DNA from: Flavobacteriales bacterium
Lineage (GTDB): Bacteria; Bacteroidota; Bacteroidia; JANQJC01
DNA length: 64,000 nucleotides
Direction of reading: 5' to 3'
Assembly (NCBI GenBank): GCA_028281825.1
Contig: JANQJC010000009.1
Coordinates: 8,138 to 72,137 of the forward strand
Shown here: positions 29,175-37,294 of the stretch, piece after piece
How the letters are laid out: the number at the start of each line of letters is the position of its first letter
Numbering within the stretch: the first letter of the stretch is position 1
Translations under genes and position numbers: made by a program
Notes under the pieces: model-generated
Told to the model about the DNA's origin: nothing
Database searches by the model: none
What the model saw: only the letters and a program-made list of their open reading frames with translations

Positions 29175-29826
29175 AAAAATGCTGGAAAAGAAAAACCAGC
29201 AGGTGAGAAGGCCTTATGGCTATGAAACTCCTCAATGCGTCAAAGAATTTCATGAGAACATAGATGCTATCATTGAAGAATGGAAGAATTATGTGGCTTC
29301 AAGTTCATCTAACGGGACACCAATTGATGAGCTATCATCTGCCCAAGGATACTTGAATGAAGACAAGAAGTGGAAGGCTTTTTTTGTACATATCTATGGG
29401 GAAACTCCTGTAAAAGCTACCAAGTATTTTCCTGTTACGGCCAGGTTAGCCGATAAATGGAAAGATGAAGTAAAATTGGTGTTTTTCTCCAATTTAGAGC
29501 CAGGCAAACATATCCAGCCGCACAAGGGAAACAATCATGGGGTTATCAGGTCACAGATAGGCATTGATATTGGTCAACCCGAAACAACAGGCGTGAGAGT
29601 GGAAGACAAAACCTTTCACATCAAAAACAAAGAATATTTTACGTTTGACGACACTTTTGAGCACGAGGCTTGGAATCGCGGAAGTGGGGACAGGACGGTG
29701 CTTATCATTGATAGCTGCAAGAATTTTTCTTATTTTTATAGCATTATCAACAAGTATTTGCTGAGCAAGATGAAAGACACAGAATACGTTCAGTCCACAC
29801 TTGAGAAATTGAAGAAGACAAATTAA
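29161..29826 (+). CDS. Aspartyl/asparaginyl beta-hydroxylase (AspH/LpxO) family oxygenase
   Basis: FSNLEPGKHIQPH, FDDTFEHEAWN.....R.VLIID. Confidence 0.88.
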   Translation: MGMLEKMLEKKNQQVRRPYGYETPQCVKEFHENIDAIIEEWKNYVASSSSNGTPIDELSSAQGYLNEDKKWKAFFVHIYGETPVKATKYFPVTARLADKWKDEVKLVFFSNLEPGKHIQPHKGNNHGVIRSQIGIDIGQPETTGVRVEDKTFHIKNKEYFTFDDTFEHEAWNRGSGDRTVLIIDSCKNFSYFYSIINKYLLSKMKDTEYVQSTLEKLKKTN

Positions 29827-29836
29827 GGTTAATACT

Positions 29837-30442
29837 ATGCTTATCATTGGTGCGGGCGGTTTGGCTACAGACGTAATTACCCATTGGGAGTTGGATGAAA
29901 CCAAAGCTTCAGAGGGCCTGTATTTCTTTGATAACTTCAATAAGGATAAAGATTTTTTGTATGATAAGTACAAAATATACCACACTTTTGAAGAAGTAAA
30001 GCACCATTTTGAAACAATGGACAAGACGTTTTGCGTTTGTATTGGCAATCCGCTAAAAAGAAAGAGGATTACTGAGCAAATTGAAGAACTTGGTGGTGAG
30101 CTAACCCCCATTGTATCCTGTAAAGTATTAACCTATAATCCAAATACGCCACTAGGTGGAGGGGTTGTTTTACAATCGGGCGTTGGTGTATCTTTTAACG
30201 CAGTGATAAAAAAAGGAGTTTTTATTAATGCAGGTACTATTTTAGGACATGATGTTATCTTGCATGAGTATGTTTCAGTTGGACCAGGTGTTATGATTTT
30301 AGGAGGTGCAGAGGTAGGAGAGTGCTCATACATTGGAACTAACGCTGTGATAATGCCAGGGGTTAAAATAGGTAAGATGGTACGCATTGGTGTTGGTAAA
30401 ATAATAGAAGAAGATGTTCCGGATAACTCTAAAATAATATAA
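29837..30442 (+). CDS. NeuD/PglD-type hexapeptide-repeat sugar acetyltransferase
   Basis: IIGAGG, IGNP..R, LGHD, left-handed beta-helix repeats. Confidence 0.85.
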   Translation: MLIIGAGGLATDVITHWELDETKASEGLYFFDNFNKDKDFLYDKYKIYHTFEEVKHHFETMDKTFCVCIGNPLKRKRITEQIEELGGELTPIVSCKVLTYNPNTPLGGGVVLQSGVGVSFNAVIKKGVFINAGTILGHDVILHEYVSVGPGVMILGGAEVGECSYIGTNAVIMPGVKIGKMVRIGVGKIIEEDVPDNSKII

Positions 30443-30443
30443 G

Positions 30444-31220
30444 ATGGAATTCTTTTCAGTATGTGAAACCGGAACGGGTCAAGGCGATTTTAAGTTGCTA
30501 TTTGAGAACACTAAAGTGGTGCATGTAAAACACGACTTTCAGCAGGAGTCTATCCCTGATTTTTATAAAGGCCTGGCCAAAACAGTAGGTATTCCCCTTA
30601 TTTATGAGGAAGACCCCGTAACTGGGCAAGTTCATGTTAACAAGTGGACGGAGATTAAGTATGATGCTGATAAAGCCACTGATACCTACAAGCATAGTAA
30701 CAAATCTCAGCCCTTGCATACGGATTATGGTTATTTCTCCTTTGAGATATATTCTGCTTTTTTCTACTGCTCGGCACAAGCCCGATTTGGTGGAGCCACC
30801 ACTTTTATAGATGTAGATAAATTGGTGGAAATCCTAGATTGGGAAAACAAGGAATTACTCAATCAATTGCAGGAAAGGAAGATACAGTTCGGTAGACAAG
30901 GCAATCCCATTGCCCATAATGAGGATTATATTTTGCAGCAAGATAGTGTAGGTTGGAAGATGAACTGGAACTATTATCGCGCCAAAGGAGATACCCAGAA
31001 TCAGGATTTAGTAGAAAACTTTTTTGCTTTTATGAATGATATTGTGGAGAAGAGTGGTGAGTTGACAGAGTTGAAACTACAACCCAACGAAGCAGTATTT
31101 TTTCACGATAGGCGAGTATTACATGGAAGAAATTCGTTTATTGGGGAGCGTCAACTTAATAAGGGTGGAATAGCCAAAGAGTTGCCGCAATCAGTACTTC
31201 AATTATTAGAACTTGCTTAA
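30444..31220 (+). CDS. TauD/TfdA (clavaminate synthase-like) Fe(II)/2OG dioxygenase
   Basis: PLHTD, GGATTF.D, F.D.RVLHGR. Confidence 0.85.
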   Translation: MEFFSVCETGTGQGDFKLLFENTKVVHVKHDFQQESIPDFYKGLAKTVGIPLIYEEDPVTGQVHVNKWTEIKYDADKATDTYKHSNKSQPLHTDYGYFSFEIYSAFFYCSAQARFGGATTFIDVDKLVEILDWENKELLNQLQERKIQFGRQGNPIAHNEDYILQQDSVGWKMNWNYYRAKGDTQNQDLVENFFAFMNDIVEKSGELTELKLQPNEAVFFHDRRVLHGRNSFIGERQLNKGGIAKELPQSVLQLLELA

Positions 31221-32140
31221 TGGAGCCTGTTAAGGTGAGTGTGGTTGTAGTAACTTACAATCACGAAAAATATATATCTGATGCTATCAAAAGCATATTG
31301 GCCCAAAAGGTCAATTTTAAGATAGAAGTCATTATTGCTGATGATGGCTCCACAGATAACACTCCCACTATAGTTGATCAGTTTGCCAAGAACTATCCTG
31401 ATACAATTGTCCCATTACGCTCTGCCGAAAATCGAGGAGTTTTTCAGAATGCATTCAGTGCCAGGTTTAAGGTGCGGGGGCAGTACATTGCCTTGCTAGA
31501 TGGTGACGATTACTGGGATTATGAGTTGAAGCTACAAAAGCAGGTTGACTTCCTTGATGGGAACAGTGAGTATAATGGTGTCTTCCATGATGCCAAGATT
31601 ACACACATAGATAGCTCTGATAAAGTTCTCTTTGCTCAAAAGCATCTCTATTCTCAAAATTATCTCTTTAAAGAAGAAATTTACCCTTCAGACTTTATCC
31701 AAAGGGAAATTATCTTACCCTCATCATCAGCAATGATTAGATCTTCTGCATTGGATGGAGTGGATATCAGTATCATTAAGAATAACTATTCCTTTTTTTG
31801 GAAAGTTTGTTGTTTTATCATCAGGCAATCTAAGTTTTATTTCATCAATGAGCCTTGGAGTGTATATAGAAACCATCAACAGGGTATATCTAAGCGTAAT
31901 AATTACGAATTCCATACTTCGCATATTAAGTTTTTGGAAACTCTCTTGGAAGAGGAATTTTACAAAAACTATAAGTATAATGTGTGTCAGGCTATTGCTA
32001 ATGAATACAAAGTGCTACTTGATTCAAGCCATGAAGAAGTAAGGAAGAACATAAGGACTATTTTTAAGCAGTATGTCCGTAACGAGGTGCGCAGAATATG
32101 GCATTACAGGAAAAAGGTAATAGGTAAAGGAGAACAGTGA
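31220..32140 (+). CDS. Glycosyltransferase family 2
   Basis: TYNHEKYI..AI.SIL.Q, DDGSTD, LDGDDYW...KLQKQ. Confidence 0.92.
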   Translation: MEPVKVSVVVVTYNHEKYISDAIKSILAQKVNFKIEVIIADDGSTDNTPTIVDQFAKNYPDTIVPLRSAENRGVFQNAFSARFKVRGQYIALLDGDDYWDYELKLQKQVDFLDGNSEYNGVFHDAKITHIDSSDKVLFAQKHLYSQNYLFKEEIYPSDFIQREIILPSSSAMIRSSALDGVDISIIKNNYSFFWKVCCFIIRQSKFYFINEPWSVYRNHQQGISKRNNYEFHTSHIKFLETLLEEEFYKNYKYNVCQAIANEYKVLLDSSHEEVRKNIRTIFKQYVRNEVRRIWHYRKKVIGKGEQ

Positions 32141-32917
32141 ATGAAGCCAGCCAAGAGTATCCCCCGCATATCACCTATACATAAGACTAAATTTTTCAAA
32201 GAATATGTTTCTCTGGCTAAGCCTGTAATTATTGAAGGTTTGGTAGATGAGTGGCCCGCTTTTGGCAAATGGAGTATGCAGTATTTTGCAGAAAGGTATG
32301 CTAAGGTGGCTCCTGTTACTGTTAAGGTCAAGGATGGGAAACACGATTTTGACTTGGAGCATGGCACTGGCATATTCAACAAGCCTATGGAAGAGACGCT
32401 CAAAAAAATAATGGCTGGAAATGTTAGCGAGGGATATGCCATAGGCACTACTGATGAAGTCTTTCCGCAGGAGCTAAGAGACGATTACCCCACCCCAGGG
32501 TATTGTGCTGATGGTAAGTATTTAAGAGCGCGTATTTTTATTGGGGCAAAAGGCACTATTACCGAAACCCATCAAGACTTGTTCGAGAACCTTTATACTG
32601 TAGTCAAAGGTTCAAAGCGTATTTACCTTTTTGAGCCAAAGGATAGTATATACCCTAACTCCCGTTTCTCAAAGCTGCCCAACTTTGCGCGGACTGACCC
32701 CGAGAATCCCGATTATGAAAACTATCCAAAAATGCGGAATGCCCAACCATATGTTGTAGATTTGAAGGCTGGTGAGACCCTCTTTTTACCAAGCCTGTGG
32801 TGGCATTACGTTAAGAACCAAGAGGAAAGTATAGCTGTGAGTTATTGGTGGGCATATGGATGGAAACTACCTTTGGTGTGGGCCGCAGTGCAGTATAAAA
32901 AGTTCAGGGGTATCTAG
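32141..32917 (+). CDS. JmjC / cupin-8 Fe(II)/2OG hydroxylase (JMJD5/FIH-like)
   Basis: KPVII.G....WPA..KWS, T..HQD..ENL....G.K...LF, L.AGE.LFLP..WWH.V. Confidence 0.88.
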   Translation: MKPAKSIPRISPIHKTKFFKEYVSLAKPVIIEGLVDEWPAFGKWSMQYFAERYAKVAPVTVKVKDGKHDFDLEHGTGIFNKPMEETLKKIMAGNVSEGYAIGTTDEVFPQELRDDYPTPGYCADGKYLRARIFIGAKGTITETHQDLFENLYTVVKGSKRIYLFEPKDSIYPNSRFSKLPNFARTDPENPDYENYPKMRNAQPYVVDLKAGETLFLPSLWWHYVKNQEESIAVSYWWAYGWKLPLVWAAVQYKKFRGI

Positions 32918-32933
32918 GTTGGTACATCCAACC
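32917..32933 (+). terminator. Short hairpin after the JmjC gene
   Basis: GGTTGG-TACAT-CCAACC; no clear U-tract. Confidence 0.25.
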
Positions 32934-32952
32934 GATTCAAGAAAGACTAATA

Positions 32953-34506
32953 ATGGGTAAGAAGCTATTATATAGAATCTTATTGACTGCAATTGTTGTA
33001 GTCACTTCCGTATTTCATAATGACTCATTGAGATATGGCCTTTCTACCGATGGACCTGATGTGTGGGAGTACCAGACGGTAGCCGTCAATTTTTCAGAAT
33101 ATGGGGAGTTTCCCACAATGGGCTTTATTGGAGACGAGCCTTGCTACCAAACTAATATACTTGAAGGCAATACCCTCTCCAACTACATGAAATGTAGGTT
33201 TTCAACCCCTGGACCACTAGTCTATTTGGCGAAACCCCCTGCTTATCCCTTTATACTTGGTTTGGTTTACAAGATATTTGGAGCCAACCTCAAGTATGCC
33301 TACAACCTTAATTTATTATTTTTCATTGGAATCGTCTTTGTGTTGATAGGGATGGGGCAAACCATCAATAATGACTATGGGGTGCTACTTGGAGTATTAG
33401 CAGGGCTTCTATTTGGTACGCAAGTCTATCATAGCTTGTCGGATGTCCTTCCGGCTATCATGATGACTTTCTTTTTTGCCTGCATTGCATGGGTGGGGGT
33501 GTTGGTTGTAAAAACTCCAACACATAAGAAATTCTCCTTGATGGGTATTATGATTGGACTAGGCTTATTGACCAAAGGAGATATCAGTTTTATAGCCATA
33601 CTAATCCCTATTTGCTTAGCTTTCTTCTTATTCCGTATCGATAAGTTGATGACTAAAATGGTGATAATGTTCTTATCCGTTGCCCTCGTGTTACTGCCTT
33701 GGGTTATCTATGCTAACTATTTGAGGGTAAATACACAAACAGAAAGAGTGGAGTGGAAGCAGAAACTGTTAGAATCAGAGCAAGTGTGTGAATTGGATAC
33801 TTCCAAAAGAGAGGAGTGGGAGAATCGAGGCAGTATTATTGAAAACAAAGAGTATCATTCACTAGCAACTCACTTTTATTCAAGATACGCGATTGGAGAT
33901 AAAATGGTGATAATTTCCAATCAAGTTAATAAGGACGAATGGCTTTCAGTGCACAATGAATTTAGTACTGATGGGCATTGGCACCCAGAGTGGAGAGTAA
34001 GGGAAAGTGCCATTTACAATAATAAATATCAAGACAAACCTGTTTTGATGAAGGTCGTCTCATTCTATGCGGATAATCCAAGTCTCTTTTTCAAGATAGC
34101 TATGGCCAAGTTGGTAAGGGCGACAAGTAGTACCAACACCTTTTTGCTGCTTGCTGCATTTTTGTTTGGATGTTTGATGTGGATGTTGGGAATAGGAGTA
34201 GATAAGACGTTTTTAAATGTTATTTTTTTGTTGATTTCAGGGTTAGGATATTTAATATTACACCATCTCAATTTTCAACTTTTAATCGTTTATACCATTA
34301 TATTCTTTTTATCAGGATTATTATTGTTTAGAAGAAACATGATAAAAGACATTCCATTTATATTTCCATTGTTCATTCTAAATACCTTTTTAATCACATT
34401 TATTTTTTATGGAGACGCCAGGTTTGTATACGTGATTGAGCCAATTGCTATCTTTTCAGCCCTTTATTTCCTATCTTCGTTAGTTAAAAGTTTTTTTGAA
34501 CGCTAG
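32953..34506 (+). CDS. GT-C fold membrane glycosyltransferase (ArnT/PMT, GT83/GT39-like)
   Basis: About 12 TM segments; D..EY...A.N, KPPAYP, LTKG, LLPW...N, C-terminal ARF...IEP. Confidence 0.7.
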   Translation: MGKKLLYRILLTAIVVVTSVFHNDSLRYGLSTDGPDVWEYQTVAVNFSEYGEFPTMGFIGDEPCYQTNILEGNTLSNYMKCRFSTPGPLVYLAKPPAYPFILGLVYKIFGANLKYAYNLNLLFFIGIVFVLIGMGQTINNDYGVLLGVLAGLLFGTQVYHSLSDVLPAIMMTFFFACIAWVGVLVVKTPTHKKFSLMGIMIGLGLLTKGDISFIAILIPICLAFFLFRIDKLMTKMVIMFLSVALVLLPWVIYANYLRVNTQTERVEWKQKLLESEQVCELDTSKREEWENRGSIIENKEYHSLATHFYSRYAIGDKMVIISNQVNKDEWLSVHNEFSTDGHWHPEWRVRESAIYNNKYQDKPVLMKVVSFYADNPSLFFKIAMAKLVRATSSTNTFLLLAAFLFGCLMWMLGIGVDKTFLNVIFLLISGLGYLILHHLNFQLLIVYTIIFFLSGLLLFRRNMIKDIPFIFPLFILNTFLITFIFYGDARFVYVIEPIAIFSALYFLSSLVKSFFER

Positions 34507-34533
34507 GCATACGTTGTAAAGGAGGAGAAAAGC

Positions 34534-35544
34534 ATGGATACTTACAGGTTATTGCAGATGGGTGCTGCTTATGCGCAGAGTTTATCTTCGTTTCACTTAA
34601 ATGGGAAGCCACGCCCGTTTTCTGCTTCTTTTGCGATTACCAATAAGTGTAATTTGAGGTGCACCTATTGTGATTTACCCAATATCAAAGCACCAGAACT
34701 CAATCTGGAGCAAATGGATGTCCTTTTCAGGAAATTGAAGAAAATGGGCGTCTTGAGGCTCGGTATCTTTGGTGGTGAACCCATGGTGAGGAAAGATTTG
34801 GGGGAGATTATCAAATTAGCTAAGAAACGAGGCTTTTTTGTCAGTCTTAACTCCAATATGCTGTTGTATGACAGGTATAAAGATGTGCTTGACCCAGTTG
34901 ATTACTTTTTTGTGAGTATAGATGGCACTGCTGAGAAACATGCAATAAATAGAGGTAAACAGAGCTACGAAAAGATTCTCGAAGCAACTCGGGATTTAGT
35001 AAAACGCAAGAAGAAAGTAACAGCAATATCTGTTGTAACTGACCCTGATAAGTCTATGGCAGATTATATGGTTGACCTAGCTGTGCGTGAGAAGATAGAT
35101 GTGCATTTTCAGCCTGAGTGCTATGATTCAATGTGTGCAGGGAGGACTGCGCCTGACGACCTAGAGCATGAAGCAACAAGGGATTTTTGGTTATACCTGC
35201 TGGAAAAGAAGAAACAGGGAGCTCCCATCACCAGTTCTACTGGTTATTTGAAATTTATCAGTCAATGGCACAATTACAAACAGACTTCGGTATACGATGC
35301 TGAACATCGTTGCATGGCGGGGAGCGGATTTATTTCAATAGATCCTTCTGGTATTGCTTATCCTTGTATTTTTACACAGGGTAATTTTGAAGGGGTTGAC
35401 TTGATGAAGTATAATTGGGAAGATAAATTTGATGGAAAGACCCCTTGCACTACCTGCATTGTAGGTCCTTTGTTGGAGTATAACTTATTGTTTAAGAAAC
35501 CAATAAGGTCTACTATTGAAGCGTTGGGTAAGGCAGTTTATTAA
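34534..35544 (+). CDS. Radical SAM protein with C-terminal twitch/SPASM domain
   Basis: CNLRCTYC, GGEP, SIDG; C-terminal CMAG...IDPSG...PC...CTTC. Confidence 0.88.
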   Translation: MDTYRLLQMGAAYAQSLSSFHLNGKPRPFSASFAITNKCNLRCTYCDLPNIKAPELNLEQMDVLFRKLKKMGVLRLGIFGGEPMVRKDLGEIIKLAKKRGFFVSLNSNMLLYDRYKDVLDPVDYFFVSIDGTAEKHAINRGKQSYEKILEATRDLVKRKKKVTAISVVTDPDKSMADYMVDLAVREKIDVHFQPECYDSMCAGRTAPDDLEHEATRDFWLYLLEKKKQGAPITSSTGYLKFISQWHNYKQTSVYDAEHRCMAGSGFISIDPSGIAYPCIFTQGNFEGVDLMKYNWEDKFDGKTPCTTCIVGPLLEYNLLFKKPIRSTIEALGKAVY

Positions 35545-35560
35545 AAAAGTATAAGAGCCA

Positions 35561-36409
35561 ATGGCTTCTATGGACATGAATAAAGAAGTGGTTACAAAAG
35601 AGGATTTATTAAAGTACTATGATGAGTGCTGGCTAGAGAGATTTGAGAAGGGCCATAATCCTAAATCACTCGCTATGCACCTTGGTTATTTTACTGAGGA
35701 AAGCATGGATAACGATGCCGCCAAGGTAAATACCAATAAGTTCTTGGCCGAGCATTTAGGTATTAAAAATGATACCAAAGCCAGTTTGGCTGACTTTGGT
35801 TGCGGAATTGGTGGCACTTGCATTTACCTGGCTAAAAACTATCCTAACCTAAGGATAAGTGGTATCAATATTTCTTCAACACAAGTTGATTTTGCCAACA
35901 GGATTAAAGAACAAAACAATATTAATGGCCAAATTGAGTATTTGATTTCAGATTACTCAAAAACGAATCTTGCCGACTCAAGTTTAGATTATGTAATTGC
36001 AGTAGAGAGCATATGCCATGCGGTAGATAAGCAAAAGGTATATTCAGAGGCTTATCGAGTGCTAAAACCAGGGGGGCGCTTCGTATTCATGGACTATTTT
36101 GAAGAGCGAGAAGCTAACACCCCTGAAGAACTAGAATGGTTAAGTGACTTTAGAAAAGGCTGGGCCATTATTGAATATATAAGAAATCACGGTGAATTAC
36201 TTAGCCAGGTAGATTTTAGCCATATCACCCAAACATCGCTTCTGGATAAAGTAGGACCAGGTATTTTAAATTCATATACCAAGGCAGTTGCCAAACTTGG
36301 GGACAATAGCTCTGAGACATTTAATAATCATTTAAAGGCTTGTGTTGCCCTTAAAGAACTTACAGACAGGGGCATTATAGATTATAAGATAATTACCGCT
36401 CAAAAGTAA
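35561..36409 (+). CDS. SAM-dependent methyltransferase (tocopherol/sterol C-methyltransferase-like)
   Basis: MHLGYF, DFGCGIGG, GINIS..Q, ESICH, RVLKPGG. Confidence 0.85.
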   Translation: MASMDMNKEVVTKEDLLKYYDECWLERFEKGHNPKSLAMHLGYFTEESMDNDAAKVNTNKFLAEHLGIKNDTKASLADFGCGIGGTCIYLAKNYPNLRISGINISSTQVDFANRIKEQNNINGQIEYLISDYSKTNLADSSLDYVIAVESICHAVDKQKVYSEAYRVLKPGGRFVFMDYFEEREANTPEELEWLSDFRKGWAIIEYIRNHGELLSQVDFSHITQTSLLDKVGPGILNSYTKAVAKLGDNSSETFNNHLKACVALKELTDRGIIDYKIITAQK

Positions 36410-37254
36410 TTGGCATTCGCGGCCAGTTTTACCAGTATCATTGCTATTCCTGCAATTAGAAAAATGGCGCGAGAAATCTTTTGGAATTTCTTTATTTCCT
36501 TGTCTCTCATTATTAGAGACATAATAAGCAAGGTGGCCGTGGGCACAACAAAAGCATAAAACGCGATAGTCTCAATAATGTTGAAAAAGAAGAGTGTATT
36601 CCAGTAAAACAGCGTAAAAGCTATCAGCACGGTTCTTAAAAGCAACACCTTATCTTTTCCAATTCTGACTGCCGTAGTTTTGCTGCCAGTACTTTTGTCA
36701 TCATCGTAGTCCATTATTTCATGATGAAAGTGGCCCGCAGATAAAAGTAAAGCAAAGTTGATAGAAATAGTCAATGATTCTATACCATATTCTTGATAGC
36801 TGCAGTATCCAGTATGAAAATGTAATACACCTGCTAGCAGGTGTATTAAAGTACCTCCTAAAAAAGTTGATTTTAGGCGCAAGGGCTGCAGATAGTAGAA
36901 GCCCCATAAAAGTAATGAGGATAGGCTAAGTATCAGTACAGTGACATTGACAGCATAAGATAACACACCGAACAAAACACAAAAGAGAATGAATAACTGG
37001 ATGTAGGTCTGTTTGGAAATATCACCCACAATTTTCAGTCTTTTAGAGTGTTTGTCCTTTTCATAATCAGCAAAGGAATTCATGGCAAAAACGGCCAACA
37101 CATAGAAGAAAACAAAAAAGAAAACAGTGATATTTTTCAACCAGTTGGTCCAGCCTGAAACATCAGTGAATAAAATGCCTATGAAAGAAAAGCCTGTCAT
37201 CAATAAGATTTCTTTCAAACGCAATGACTTTACTAGTGAAAGTGTTTTGTCCAA
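36400..37254 (-). CDS. UbiA family prenyltransferase
   Basis: Multi-TM; NSFADYEKD and EIMDYDDD...G.KTTAVRIG Asp-rich motifs; PLRLK. Confidence 0.85.
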   Translation of the reverse strand: MDKTLSLVKSLRLKEILLMTGFSFIGILFTDVSGWTNWLKNITVFFFVFFYVLAVFAMNSFADYEKDKHSKRLKIVGDISKQTYIQLFILFCVLFGVLSYAVNVTVLILSLSSLLLWGFYYLQPLRLKSTFLGGTLIHLLAGVLHFHTGYCSYQEYGIESLTISINFALLLSAGHFHHEIMDYDDDKSTGSKTTAVRIGKDKVLLLRTVLIAFTLFYWNTLFFFNIIETIAFYAFVVPTATLLIMSLIMRDKEIKKFQKISRAIFLIAGIAMILVKLAANANYF

Positions 37255-37294
37255 CGTGGTTCTGTTTCTAGTTTTGCGCAGCTACTATGACCTA

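Noticed and set aside
29551-30111. 186 aa antisense ORF and other short antisense or alternate-frame ORFs (e.g. 48114-48533, 61452-61928)
   Set aside because: They lie opposite or within well-supported genes and have no recognisable motifs; treated as shadow ORFs.
20021-35544. Radical SAM RiPP cluster
   Set aside because: Intergenic gaps are too short for an evident precursor, there is no RRE domain or peptidase-containing transporter, and the exporter is Wzm/Wzt type.
34534-35544. HpnH (hopanoid adenosyltransferase) assignment
   Set aside because: Only loose N-terminal resemblance; lacks the LEPLFRCNL.C.GC signature, and no hopanoid genes are in the window.
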